64,000 bases of DNA from Cycas panzhihuaensis (Eukaryota; Plantae; Cycadophyta): the NCBI GenBank assembly GCA_023213395.1, contig CM041465.1:225687741-225751740 (forward strand), written 5' to 3'. The translations under genes were made by a program, and so were the position numbers. Positions 38,264 through 51,735 of the stretch are shown one piece after another. Positions within the stretch are counted from its first letter, which is position 1, and each line of letters begins with the position of its first letter. The notes under the pieces were generated by a model, which ran no database searches, was not told where the DNA came from, and saw only the letters and a program-made list of their open reading frames with translations.

Positions 38264-39218
38264 TGATCCAGGAGGATCAACCATATGTCTACAAGAGGTA
38301 GAAAATGCTAAGCATTGGCACAACTTAAAGAAATAGGGTCAAATGGTGTCAAACTAATATGAAATTTTATGGAAAAGAAGAAGACACATCCCACTACATG
38401 TGTGCAAAAGTTGGGGTTCTAAAAATATCATTTGGTTAAATGGAAAGCCTTATTTTGTAAAAAATAGCTCCCATAGCTAATAGAAAAATAACAAATACAT
38501 ACTATTGTTAAATAAATGAAAATGGGTCAAATGATACGCAAATGAGCTGAAATTTTAAGAAAGTAAAGGGGACATGTGTACCTATATGTGTACTAAATTT
38601 AAGTCGAATTAGAGTTTGTTAGCCCTAGGTACCAAGCCACAACTTTTTAGAATTACATGAATGCCACTTGGACAACATGCATTCTAGTTGTTAGTGGTTA
38701 TACTTGCATGATTGCTAATTATTAAACATGCATTTTAGGTTTCTTTCTATAACTTAAGCCCTCGTGAGCTCATTTATGATGTTGGAGACTTGGTTCTTAT
38801 GTATGAGAGACACTTGACTTGGGAGCATCATTCAGGAAGCACTTGGAGGGTTTTAGAGACCATAAAGGGGGCAATTCAGCACTTCAAGTATCCATAATGG
38901 AGAGTGGGAGCTTCATTGAAGGAGTCTTAGAAATTTGGAGGACCCTTGTGGTATAATTGTATCATTTATTCCTTATAACTTGCCTATTCTTTGCTAGTTA
39001 TTTTCTCTATTATTAAATGGAAGTTTTTCTATTTTAATAAAAGTATTACTCTTCTTATCTTAGAGCAATGGTAAGTATGAATGATTTGGTATAGAATTTC
39101 CTTTTATGAGCTAATTTTTGTATTGATATTATTGGGAATTTTGCACTAACACCCTAGGATCTCAAGGAGAAAGGTTGGTAATTGATTTCTTCACCAATCA
39201 TGCTCTACTTTGGGATCA
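38264..39218 (+). repeat. 3' LTR of the CRM element (955 bp)
   Basis: Direct repeat of 32669-33624, preceded by the PPT. Confidence 0.95.
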
Positions 39219-40840
39219 AAAAATAATAGAAAGGGAGGTATTTATAGACAAACTAGCCCATGGTTTTTAACAAAACTATAGGTGCTCATTATTTTTATTA
39301 AAATGGTTATTAATTTAACCTTATATAATTCCTTGTTATAAGTTGTTTTAACTTACATGTCATTTCTTGATTCTTCAAGCACCCTTATTAAGTCAATGGG
39401 TGGTGATCTCATCATATGTGTGATTGAGATGTACATTATGTATTTCAAACAGATTAAAGCAAGCTTATTTCTAATGGATCTTTAGTATTTAATTTGTGCA
39501 TTAATTTCTCTATGTACTCTTTTATGGTATCAAAGCAAGGTTAAATTATTTGACTTTATCCTTTCCTAAGGTTACATAATCATAATAGAGTAGATTTTTT
39601 AGTCATTACCTCTATTAAAATTTAGCCAAATTCATTGGCACTTTATTTTATAGCTTTCTCCTCTTCACTTCTTACAAGCTTTTTGGTGATTATTCATTCC
39701 AACATTTCATTTTATGCTCACTTATTATTTGGTATTGGCATGTTTTATTTTTGGTGTTCCAATCGAGGGTTTTGTACCCTAAATTTTTTTTGGTATTTAA
39801 TTCCTTCTCGGTACTTATCTTATAAGGATTTTTTAATTTATCAATTGGCATGCCTGAAGCTAACGTCTACATCCTCTCTTCTCACTAGACATCCATTTCA
39901 CATGATCTTTTCGTGATTATTATCACTTGGTGTATTTGAAGCTAATGTTTGCATCCTCTCTTCTCACAAGTTATAGAATTTTGCAAAGAGATTTAATTAG
40001 TTACTGTGTGTGTATTTCCTCTTTACCAAAAAGAGATTTGGAGCAAGTTTTTATGCCCTATATTATAATATAATGGTGTTTGTGGCTTGAATTCCTTTTG
40101 TATCTATGTGGGTATTATGAGTATGCAAAGCTATTTATTTTCGTTCTTGTGAGAGGTCTTTTAGACTTACAAGGAAGACATTGGTAAATTTTCTTAAAGA
40201 TATTTCTTGCTACCAATCTTGTTGATTTCTACTAAACCATGGAAATTCTCTAGCTTGCTAGTTCTTCATGAGATTTCTTCATGACCAACCACATTTTCAT
40301 ACTCTCTTTGTGGTGGATTTGGCATTACCTGACCAACATTTATCTTGTTACCAAGTATTCAACCAAGAAAGGATTGTATGATTTTATTGTTAACTAGTCA
40401 TCATACTTCATTGAAGTTATAGATTTATTATTTCATCATTTGGAGATCTTCCAATAGTGAATAATTTCCATATTCTTCTAAGATTATTTAATCTTAAGAT
40501 GGATTTGGTTTGATGATCTTCTAATAGAGAATAATGGTTTCTTTTATTGTTGGAGGCTTTCTTGTTAAGAATATTTTCTCATCTTTGAAGAGTCTTTTTC
40601 TAAATTCTTTTGAAGTTGGGGTAGCCACCAATTACAAATTTATCTTCTCCTTAAAGTTTTTCCATTGAAGATAAAAAAGGCTGACATCAAATTTTTTTTT
40701 TAAACCAAGTTAGGTTTAAATTTTCTTATTCCATTTATTTCATTCTAAAGAAACTCTTTTTATTTGCATGAGAAGTTTGTTTAGTTTCAAAGTAGTAAAT
40801 TTATTAGACCTCAAATATAATTGAACCTTAAATAGAACAT

Positions 40841-41321
40841 TATATATATATATATATATAATTTCTAAGTTCAGTATGGAAAGTAATATTGATGGTTATA
40901 TTTTATCTAAATCAAGTAAATTGAATGGAAAGAATCACAACATTTAGAAATTTAAAATTTCTAATATTCTAGCTTTAAAGAAATTATTAAAAATTGTAAT
41001 TAGAGAAGAGAGAAAACCTCATCTTGGTCAAGACAATGAAGAGAGTGATGATAAGAAATTTGATGATGGAGAAAGGAAGATATATATATATATATATATA
41101 TATAATTTCTAAGTTTAGTATGGCAAGTAATATTGATGGTTATATTTTGTCTAAATCAAGTAAACTGAATGGAAAGAATTACAACATTTAGAAATTTAAA
41201 ATTTCTAATATTCCAGCTTTAAAGAAATTATTAAAAATTGTAACTAGAGAAGAGAGAAAACCTCATCTTATCAAGACAATGAAGAGTGATGATAAGAAAT
41301 TTGATGATGGATAAAGGAAGA
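40841..41321 (+). repeat. About 240-bp tandem duplication of the gag 5' end, each copy headed by (TA)n
   Basis: 40841-41080 and 41081-41321 are near-identical; (TA)10 and (TA)12. Confidence 0.95.
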
Positions 41322-44300
41322 AAACTTCTAAAAAATTAAAAGAACCTCCAATATTCCTCAAATAACTTACAAAATGGGAAGGCCATGATTATGAAGCTCT
41401 TGTGATTATTGATTTATCTGTAGTTAATGATGTCATAGTTCATCTTCAAGAGAAAAAGTCTTCATTTGAAGCATGGAAATTTTTGATGGACTTATATGAG
41501 ACCAAGAATGAAACTGGTGTATTATACCTGAGAAATAAACTTTATTCTTACAAAATGGTTATTGGTGATTTAGTTTCAATGTATTTATAGAAATTAAAAG
41601 AAATTAGGAAATAATTATTAGCCATTGATTAAGAAATAAATGATAAAGAATTGATGAGTATTACTTTAAATAGTCTCCATGAAGGGTTTCACATCTTTGT
41701 AACCAGTTTGTATTTAACTCAAAGAATTGGGCCTCTTTCTTTTGAAGAGCTTGTTGGGCTCCTCTTACATAAAGAGCAATGAATTGGGGGCTATATTGAT
41801 GGAAATGACAATAACAACAATATGGCATTGCATTAAAGTTTAAGAAGAAAGTCAATGTTGATTCAGTAAAAAGTGGTGCTCAATCTTCTTAGGTTCAAAA
41901 CTATGTCAGTGAAAGCTCAAACCCAAGAAGGATTTTATCTATAGTTATTATAATAAATAAGGATACCTTGAAAATATGTACTTGAAAAAGAAGACTACTA
42001 TTAAAAAGCCTAGTAAGATCATTATTTTATCTACTAATAAGGATAAAACTTTTATATTTTATATTTTGATTGAAGAAGAAGTCATCTAGTATGTCAATTC
42101 TAGTTATTCTAATCATATTTCTCATCATGAAGAGTGGTTTAGTGATTTTGGCAAAGGTGTTTATCAACAAATTGTTTTAGGTGACAAAAGCATGTTGTTA
42201 TTGGATGAGGTTTGATTATCATCCACTACATGGTTCTATTTTCAAGATCATTGATATCCTTTATGTGCTTTTAGTAAGATCCAACCTACTTTTTGTAAGT
42301 CGTGTTACATCAAATAACATGAGAGTCGTATTTGACAAATCTTCATGTTTCATTAAAAAAGATGGTGATGTAATTGCTCAAGGTATCTAAGAGAATGACA
42401 TGTGAGCTTGGACTTGCAGTTGGAATTTCTTCTAATAGTTAATAGCATGATTGTTTTGGTCATTTGAATTACTACAATCTCCAATTGTTGAGCAAGTTAA
42501 ACATGGTACATGATTTTTCTTTTATTAAGAAAAGTAAAAAGGTTTATGAAGCTTATGCATTAGGAAAGCAACATAGAGATAGATTTGTCAAGTCCACTTG
42601 GTGGGAAAGTGATAAACTAGAATTGGTTCATTTTTATCTTTACGAACCAATCACGCCAACTTCACTTGGAGGAGCAAAGTTTCTCATGACTTTCATTGAA
42701 GATTTCTCAAAAAATACTTGGATCTACTTATTGAAATCAAATTAAGAATCATTTTCCAGGTTTAAAGATTTTAAAGTTGAAGTAAAAAACTTCTCAGGTA
42801 AGAAGCTAAAAGTTCTAAGAAGTGATGGTAGAGGTGAATATTTATCAAATAACTTTGATAGATTTTGTAAGAGTCATGGTGTTTAATGGTAATTTTCAAC
42901 ACCTTATACTCCATAGTAAAATGGAATTTCTAAAAGAAAGAATTGCACATTTACAGAAATGGCTCATTGCATGCTTAAGTGAAAAAATATTATAAATGGA
43001 TTTTGGAGGGAAGTCGTGAAAATAACTTTATATGTTTCAACAGAAGTCCTATAAAGGTTGTCCAAAATAAAACTCTTGAAGAAGCCTAGATTGGTAAGAA
43101 GTCCACTATTTCTAATCTTAAAATATTTGGATGTGTAACTTATGTTCATATTCTCGATCCCAAAATATATAAGTTAGATGATAAAAGCCTAAAATGCCTA
43201 TTTATTAAATATTATAAAGCATCCAAAGCATATAGACTCTATAATCGAGTAGAAAAGAAGATTATAATTAGTAGAGATGTCGTCTTTAATGAATTTGGAC
43301 TTGTTAAAAATATGACCTCTAAATATAATAGTGAAGTTATAGAAGACATTCATGCTTTTGAGATTGTACTAAAGGAACCTCAATCCTCTTCGTCTTTTCC
43401 TTATTTTGAAAGGAAGTTACTAAAATAGTATCTGTAAACTCTAAAGGTCTCTTGTGTCAAAGACTTAGATGTTGATGAAGGTATTAAGATAAGAAAAAAG
43501 TAAATTTTACTTTGATGTCTAATATCTTAAGTATTGGAAAACCTTAGTCATATAAGAAAGCTAAAGATTTCATTTATTAGTAAAATACTATAAAGGATGA
43601 GTATAATTCCATCCTTAAAAGTGAAACTTGGGATCTTATTAAACTTCCTAAAAATAAAATGATTATTGGTTGCAGATGGATTTATAGGATGAAGTATCTA
43701 TCTAATAGTGAAATTGACAAGTATAAAGCTTAACTTGTGGGCAAAGGATGTATACAAATTGTATGAGTTGATTTTGAAGAAACCTTTGCTCCTGTAGCAA
43801 AGATAACAACCATTTAAATGCTCATTTATCTTGCATCTTATTTTGGTTAAGAGCTATATTAGATGAATGTCAAGACAACTTTCCTTAATGACATTCTTAA
43901 TGAAGAAGCATATATGGATTAACCTGAAAGCTTTGTGTAAGTTAAAAAAGAGCATATTATCTATAACTGAAAGAAAGCTCTTTATGAGATTAAACAAGCA
44001 CCAAGAGAGTGGTATTCATATATTGATGATTGGTTATTACCACTTAGATTTATCATATATGAATCTAATCATAGTTTGTATTTAAAGATTATGAATGATG
44101 AAATACTTTTAGTTCTTTTTTATGTTGATGATCTTATAATCATAGGGACTGATACTTTAAATTTTAAAACTCTGAAAAAGTAGCTTAGTAAAGTGTTTGA
44201 GATGGTAGATCTTAGCCTCCTACACTATTATCTTGGTCCAGAAGTTTGGCAAAAGGATAAGGGTATCCTTATGCCACAACCAAAATATGATTATAATTTA

Positions 44301-44544
44301 CTCAAGTATTTTCATTTAGAGGAAACTAAGACAATGGTGACTCCTTTTGAAGTTGGTCTCAAAGTCTCCAAATATGATGGCAGTAAGATTATTGATGCAA
44401 TATTATATAGGTAATTAGTAGGTAGTCTTATCTACCTAACTACTACAAAACCTGATATTTGTTATGTTATTAGAGTCATGTCATGATTTATGAGTTCTCC
44501 ATCTACTTCTCATTGATAAGAGGTGAAGCATATACTGAGGTGTA
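40876..44544 (+). pseudogene. Copia gag-protease-integrase-RT, degraded (RNase H continues at 51210-51735)
   Basis: KLNGKN..*KFK gag start; LYETKNETGVLYLRNKLY; SLGGAKFLMTFIEDFS (integrase); FEETFAPVA, FYVDDLII, FEMVDLSLLHYYLG (RT). Confidence 0.9.
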
Positions 44545-47500
44545 TGTTACATAATTCATCTTGATAAGTTATATAAAATACTATTATACAAAGAGCTATC
44601 AGGAGGTTAAGAGATATAGTTAATTATGGAACTCCATGCATGAGCCAATAAATAGGATTACATGTGAAAGACACTCTTTTATCTATATAAGGGTCATAGA
44701 TTGTAAATGATGGTCAACTTGATGTAACTTTTTATAAAGATTGTGTTATAGTACTCTATATTTTGGTGATCATTTAGCGCTCTTATATTCTTGTAAGATT
44801 CTCTGTTAATTTGTTTGCTCTATTGGACAAAACGAAGTGGTTGCGATTATTATTTTTTTGTTATCTCAAGGAGTACTTTTAAGAAGATACGTCTCAAGTG
44901 GTATCAAAGTTGTGTTGCAATCATAGGGAGCTATCCAAAAAATTAGAATTTTATTTTTCTTATCAGATCGAGTACTCTCTCTACCCTAATAGAGATCAAG
45001 AAAAGACCTTTGCTTAGTACTCTCTCCACGGAGATTGAGGAATAGTACCAGGATAGTCCAAGAGTCAGGAGAAAAGGGGAATATTCTCCCCTAAGTAACA
45101 CCAATACTTTATCTTTTTATTTTTCATCTAGTTTTAATTTAATTTTTGTCTTTCAATTTTTGCATTGAATTATATCTCAAGGGTAGATAACACCACTTAG
45201 CAGCTACTATTTCTCCCTTCTAATTCTCTTTCCTGGGTAGATAACATCGTTGGGTGGCTATCTAGGTAGTTAGGAAGAGACCTTGTACTAGGGGTCTTTA
45301 AATATCATAGGGATCTATCATTCTGGCTAAGCGCATTATGGCTCTTCTATCCTTTATGTAAAGAATTGGAGATAACACTCTTGAACCAAGCCCTAGACAG
45401 AACCTGGCTATAGAAGTGTGCTTCCACGTACCTTCGAGCATATAAAAGGACCCCCTTTAGGTCCTAATTCCTTCCTAGCATATGCAACCTATCGACTGCT
45501 GAAGACTTGTACCGCAGTGGTTAGCAGTTAGTGCCATGAAGCTACCTACCCTAAACTTTTATAATTTATTAGTAGGCTTACAAGACCAAGTATACCTTAT
45601 CTAGTGGTTGGTAGGATACTCTAATATACATATTCTACCTCTGGATTCAAATCGTAAGTCACCTCATATTTTGAAAAAAAGAAAATTCCTATTACTACAT
45701 GAACTTAGAACCTATCAGCGTAGTTAGACTCACCACAGAAAAGGAAAAAAGAAAAAGAAAAAAAAAAAGGGAAATAAAAAAGATAAAAAGCAAAAAAGAT
45801 AAAAAAGAAAGCAAGAAGAAAGAAGAAGAATTAAAAAAAAGAACTCCAATTAGTCATGCTTCATGATGTAAGTTCACAGCAAAAAAAATTACCCTTACAA
45901 CTATACACCTCATTTTGATTAGCACGTCGTACTAATCAGTTTACACTAAGCTAGTACATACTAGTAATTTTCATATTTTTTAGTACCTAGTCACTGGTGG
46001 GTCCCATCACCCCCAACCTCCCCTACACCTCATATACTCCATTTGAACGAGCTTTTCACACTTGTTCAAGAGAACCTGATACTTGCTTATAAATTTTTGG
46101 GGTCAATAGGCTATAGATAGCCCACAATCCCCCTATCTACCCCCTTCTCTTCCCCTTAACAACTCCCTAGTTCTTACATCTTGTTCTTTCTTAATCTTTC
46201 CCACTTCATTCATTCCCCTTATTTCTACCTATTCCTATCTCTTTACACCCTTTCTCCATGGCTCCTTAAAGTAACAGTGATAAATTCTTGATACTCGAGA
46301 CCCAAGTCATCAACATTCTAGAAAAAATCAAGCAAGATTTAGACCACATACACGAGGAGGTTAAAAATGAAGTAACTGCCATATAGATAGAATTTCACAT
46401 AAACATGTCAACCCTAACATCCCATGCTAATGTCCAATGGGTACTTAAAAGATTGAACAACTTCTCTCCTTCGTCGCTAATAACCTCATCTTCAATCAGT
46501 CTTACACAACAACAAATTGTGTCTCTGCCTCCACGTCAGCAGTAACCATTTTATCATAAGATTAATCTAGATCTCAACAAGGATAACACATGAAGTTGGA
46601 TTAGTAAACTAGAGTCCTACTTTACACTCAACCTAATATCAATAAATAAACAACTTACATTTGCTTCCATTCATTTAGATGGGAAGGCACACCATTGGTT
46701 CTGATGGTAGAAGTAGGAGTACCCTTCTAGCTAGTCTTGGGCACACCTCTCTACTTATTTTTTTGAGTAGTATGAAGACACTTAAAACCAATTATTTTTC
46801 ACACAACTGACATGCTTGAAACAAGTATTCTCTCTCAAAGTATATACGGATGAGTTCCAATCTCTACGTAATCAAGTTGATCAGCAACTTGATAAATAAA
46901 TAGAGAGAGATATGTATGTATCTAGGCTTAAATAATACATCTAAATGCACCTAAATATGGTCTTACTATCTACTCTAAAAGATGCAATTAACATGGCTAA
47001 AGTAGTAGAAGTAGAGTTTGTCATAGAAAGACCTCCTCCATTTAGATGAGACTCCACCTACCTTTTACGATCCCAACAAGTTGATACTACATGGTCCCAA
47101 AGACTACATCCAACTGGCTATCAACGATGGTACCCATGATTAGATGACACACCATCTACATCTCTCAAGTAGTGCACTGAGGAACCATCTTCAAAGTCCA
47201 TATACATCACTCCAACAAAGGCATAACATTATCAAGAAACTAGTTTACGTATGTAATGTTCTAAAAAATAGACCTCTGGTCATGGGAGAATCTACAAAGC
47301 CAAGAAGATAGTCTTCATAATTGACCCTAGCTTATCTTTGGAGGATGACCCTAACACTGAGCATGACTATGATGATGAACCCCAAGACCACCTTACTGAC
47401 AAGCTGCCTCCAAATCCTAAACCTAAAGTTTCCTTATTAGTCATTACCTCCATCACATGTCCTGAATCGCTTCAAGTCAAAGGAATACATTAAAAAAACC

Positions 47501-50500
47501 GAATTACTATTTTGATTGATGATGGCACATTACTAAATTTCATCGATATCTCTATTGCTCGATAGTTGAATCTTTACATAAAACCTAAAATAGGCTTTAC
47601 TTACTCCTTACCTAATCATCACACCCTTCATTATGTAGGAATAATAAAAAACCTCACAATTCACATTAGCTCATATACCCTTATCTCTGATTTTTATGCC
47701 CTATCCATAGGTGGATCAGATGCAATTCTTGGCATATAATGAATCCAGACTTTAGGCACTTATATCACTAATAACTCACCCACAACCCCATTCATTATGT
47801 TCAAAGATTACATGGGTGACTCATATAAACTTTATGGGATGTAAGCCCCCCAAACAAAGTAATCTCACCCACTTAAATGCGTCGATAACTCAATGATAAT
47901 ATAGGATACACCATTTGTCTCAACCATATCTAGGCCCCTTTGGGTATTCACCCCGATATCCAGTAAGTATTGGACTAATACTAATCTGCATTTGCTTCAT
48001 TACCTACCATCCCTCTACTCGATCAAGGTTGTTATGATATTATTGAGTTATAAAATTTACACGACCTTATTAGCCTTTGACCATATAAGAATTCCTATTT
48101 TTAAAAAAATAAAATCAAAAAAATCATGAGGGAATTACTAGACATGGGCATCATCCAACCTAGTAAAAGCCTGTATGTGGCACCCATCATTTTAGTTTGT
48201 AAAAAGGATGGCTTTTTCTAACATTACGTTGACTATCGTATGCTCAACAAAATCACCATAAAAAATAAGTTCCCCACACCATGAATCGATGATATGTTAG
48301 ATGAGATCCATGGTGCTACAATTTTTACCAAACTTAATTTATAGTTAGGATATTACCAAATCCCTATCTTTCTAGAGGATCAACATAAAATGGCTTTCTA
48401 AACCCATCATGGCCACTTTGAGTTTTAGGTCATGTCTTTTGGCCTATCTAATACTTCGGCTACCTTTCAAGACATTATAAATAAGACTTGTAAAAATTTG
48501 TTAGTCTTCTTCAATGATATTCTTATATATAGTTCAAACATGCCTACTTATATCCCACATCTAGAAATAGTCCTTTAAATCTTGGCTAAGAATAAACTAT
48601 ATGCTAAACTCTCTAAATGTGAGTTTGGGAAATTTGAACTACAATACCTTGGTTATATTATATAATTTATAGGTATTCGGGTAGATCCTAATAAAATCTC
48701 TATCATCACTAATTAGCCAACCCCAAAAACCCTGACCCAATTGTGGGATTTCCTAGGGCTTACCATATTCTATCATCATTTCATTTGAAATTATGCCATA
48801 CTAACCACCCCCTTAACCCACCTACTTTGGAAGGATTCCTTCCAAAGGTCTCTCTCAACGAATGAGGCCTTCCTTTATCTAAAGGTAAGGTCATGCTAAC
48901 CACCCCAGTTTTGGCCTTTCCTGACTTTACTCAGCCTTTCTAATTAGAATGTGATGCCTCCAAGTTTGGATTGGGTGTAGTCTTAATGCAGGACTTCCAC
49001 CCCATCACCTTTTAAAGTTGAAAACTTAAAGATTATAAGTGTAAATTGTCTACCTATCAAAAAGAAATTTGGACCATCCTCCACACTATTGATAAATGAC
49101 AATAGTATCTACTTGGTTCTAAATTTACTATCCTCACTAATCATCATAGCCTTCATCACTTACTAGATCAACCAGTCCTCTCGGAAGAGTAGGCTAAATG
49201 GGTCAACCACCTACAAGTTTTTGACTTTATAATCACATATAAAAAAGGGAAAGATAACAGTGTGGCAGATACTCTCTCAAGGCCACCTTTCCCTACACTT
49301 GATAATAACACCTATCACACTAATAATGCCACCATTCATGTTATTTCTTCCCCACAACTAACATGGATACAGGACTTAGCCACAGCTAATCAATCCCAAC
49401 CAAATTTCCCACACTAGGCTGATAAGGTCCATACTTATAAGAATTGGTCCATCCATAATAATCTTCTCTTATACCAAAATTACATATTTATACACCCCCA
49501 CTCAACTTTTATTCCATGAATTTTATCAGAATATCATTCTTCCCCTCTTGGTGGTCATTCTTGTTTCGATAAAACTTATCATAGGATGTGTTTTGACTTC
49601 TTTTGGTCAGAAATGAAATCCACCATCCTTACCTTTGTCTCTGAATGTGACACATGCTAATGTAACAAAGCTGATACGAAACCCCAACTAGGCCTCCTTC
49701 AACCGTTACACATCCCACAAGGTAAATGGCAAGATATTACCATGGACTTTATAATAGGCTTACCACTATCTATCAGATCTGACTCTATTTTAATAGTCAT
49801 AGATAGGTTGACAAAATATGCCCACTTCTTACCTGTTCACATAACCTATAAGCCTCCACGTATCATTGACATTTACTTCCAAATAATATTTTGTTTATAT
49901 AGTTTTCTATCTACTATCATATGTGATTGCAACCCTAAATTCACTAGCTCCTTTTGGTAGGAGCTATTTTACACATCAGGAACATCATTCAATATGAGTT
50001 TGGCATACCACCCATAGACCGATGGCCAATCCAAAATCCTTAACAAAACTTTAGAGACCTAATTATGTTGCTTTACATCTAACCACCAGTCTAAATAGAC
50101 ATCATGGCTAGCCCTAGTTGAGTATTGGTATAACTCTCTACATTATTTAGCCATTAGAATGTCCCTATTTTTGGCTCTCTATGGGCATCCCCTGCTATCC
50201 CACCATACCTTGGCTACTAACCTCTACACAACAAAAGTACAATAAAAATTGTAGCATATGGACTAAATTCTCTACACCCTTAAGTAAATCCTATCCATGG
50301 CCCAGAATCAAATAAAATAATTAGCAGATTGCCAACATTCTGATCGTGCCTTTGATATTGGTGATCTTGTATTCATTTATCTATAATCTTATAAGCAACA
50401 ATCCCTTCACTATCATAAGAACCATAAATGTATCCCTCAATATTATGGCCCCTATAAAGTCCTTGAATATATTAGTGAAGTTACATATACTCTCAACCTT

Positions 50501-51207
50501 TCCCCCACCACCAACATCTATAATGTTTTTCACATATCCTATCTCTGAAAGTGTCTAAGCAAAACCCATGTCCCCTAGATAACCCTTCCAATTCTAGATG
50601 AAGAGCAAACCTTATATGTACCTCCAAAATGTATACTAGCTGGCAGATAACGCCGTCTTCAAAATTGGTCCATTTTAGAATATTTGATATAATAGATAGG
50701 CTACAACTCGGATAAAGCAACTTAGGAATTCAATGATTTTATCAAAAAGCACCCACATCTCACATGCCTCAAGGACTTAGCATCTTAGGGGAGGGGACCT
50801 ATAACATAACTCATCTCACTAAGTTATGTAAAATAATATTATAGAGAGAGCTATCAAGAGGTTAAGAGATAAGGTTAATTATGGAACTTTGTGCATGAGC
50901 TGATAAGCTAGCCAATAGTATGCAAGACCACTATACCGTCTAATAGAATATAAGGTTACTTGGGCCACCAATAGGATTACATGTGAAAGACCCTTTTTTG
51001 TCTATATAAGGGTCATAGCTTATAAATGATGGTCATCTTGATGTAACTTTTTATAAAGATTATACTACGGTACTCTCTATTTTAGTGATCATTTGGTGAT
51101 CTTATGAGGTTCTCTATTAATTTATTTTCCCTATTGGATAGAATGAAGTGGTAATGATTGTCATTTTTCTGCTATCTTAAGGAGAACTTGTGAGAAGATA
51201 CATCTCA
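44545..51207 (+). mobile_element. Ty3/gypsy chromovirus (Reina-like) nested in the copia RT/RNase H junction
   Basis: LTRs 44545-44896 and 50800-51207; PBS TGGTATCAAAG 44899-44909; PPT AGGGGAGGGGA 50787-50797; no 5-bp TSD. Confidence 0.92.
46258..50780 (+). pseudogene. Degraded gag-pol with C-terminal chromodomain
   Basis: ITILIDDGTLLNFID (protease), FFNDILIYS (RT), LECDASKFGLGVVLMQ (RNase H), MDFIIGLP (integrase), RRLQNWSILEYLI**IG..AT*E..HPHL (chromodomain, about 50620-50765). Confidence 0.88.
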
Positions 51208-51209
51208 AG

Positions 51210-51735
51210 ATCAAAGAAATATCAAGTTTGGACTTATATTTTCAAAATCTAATAAGTTTAAGCTATATGATTTTATTGACTCTAATTGGGCTACAGATGT
51301 AAATGATAGAAAATCTATATTACAGTGTTTATTCACTCGCAAATCTAGTATAGTTTTATGTTGTAGTAAGAAATAAGCCATTATTTCTCTATCATCAACT
51401 GGAGCTAAATACAAAGTAGTTGTTTTTAGCTACCTTAGAAGTAATTTATGTTTGAAGCTTTCTTGGTCATTTTAGATTAAAACAAACTAATCCTATACCA
51501 TTGTTTTGTGATAATCAAAGTATAATTCAACTATTTAAGAATCTTATTTTCCATGTAAGGATAAAGCACATTAAAATTTATCATCACTTTGTTCGAGAAT
51601 AGGTGCAAAACAAGATAATATAGTTAGTTTATTCTCTAGCTAAAGATTAGGTTGTTGATATTCTCATTAAGGCATTAAGCCATGAAAAATTTAAACAGTT
51701 TAGAAATCTTCTTTCTATAAGAAACAATGAATTAT
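51210..51735 (+). pseudogene. Copia RNase H segment after the nested insertion
   Basis: FIDSNWATDVNDRKS, ISLSSTGAKY, LFCDNQS, RIKHIKIYHHFVRE, VVDILIKAL. Confidence 0.88.

Larger units (their letters stand above)
32669..39218 (+). mobile_element. Full-length Ty3/gypsy CRM-clade LTR retrotransposon, inactivated
   Basis: LTRs TGATCC..GGATCA at 32669-33624 and 38264-39218; TSD AAAAA (32664-32668, 39219-39223); PBS TAGTATCAGAGC 33631-33642; PPT AAGGAAGAGGAG 38249-38260; CRM-type protease LFHLK..IIDLGSQKN..PHPHPHPLSW. Confidence 0.95.
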
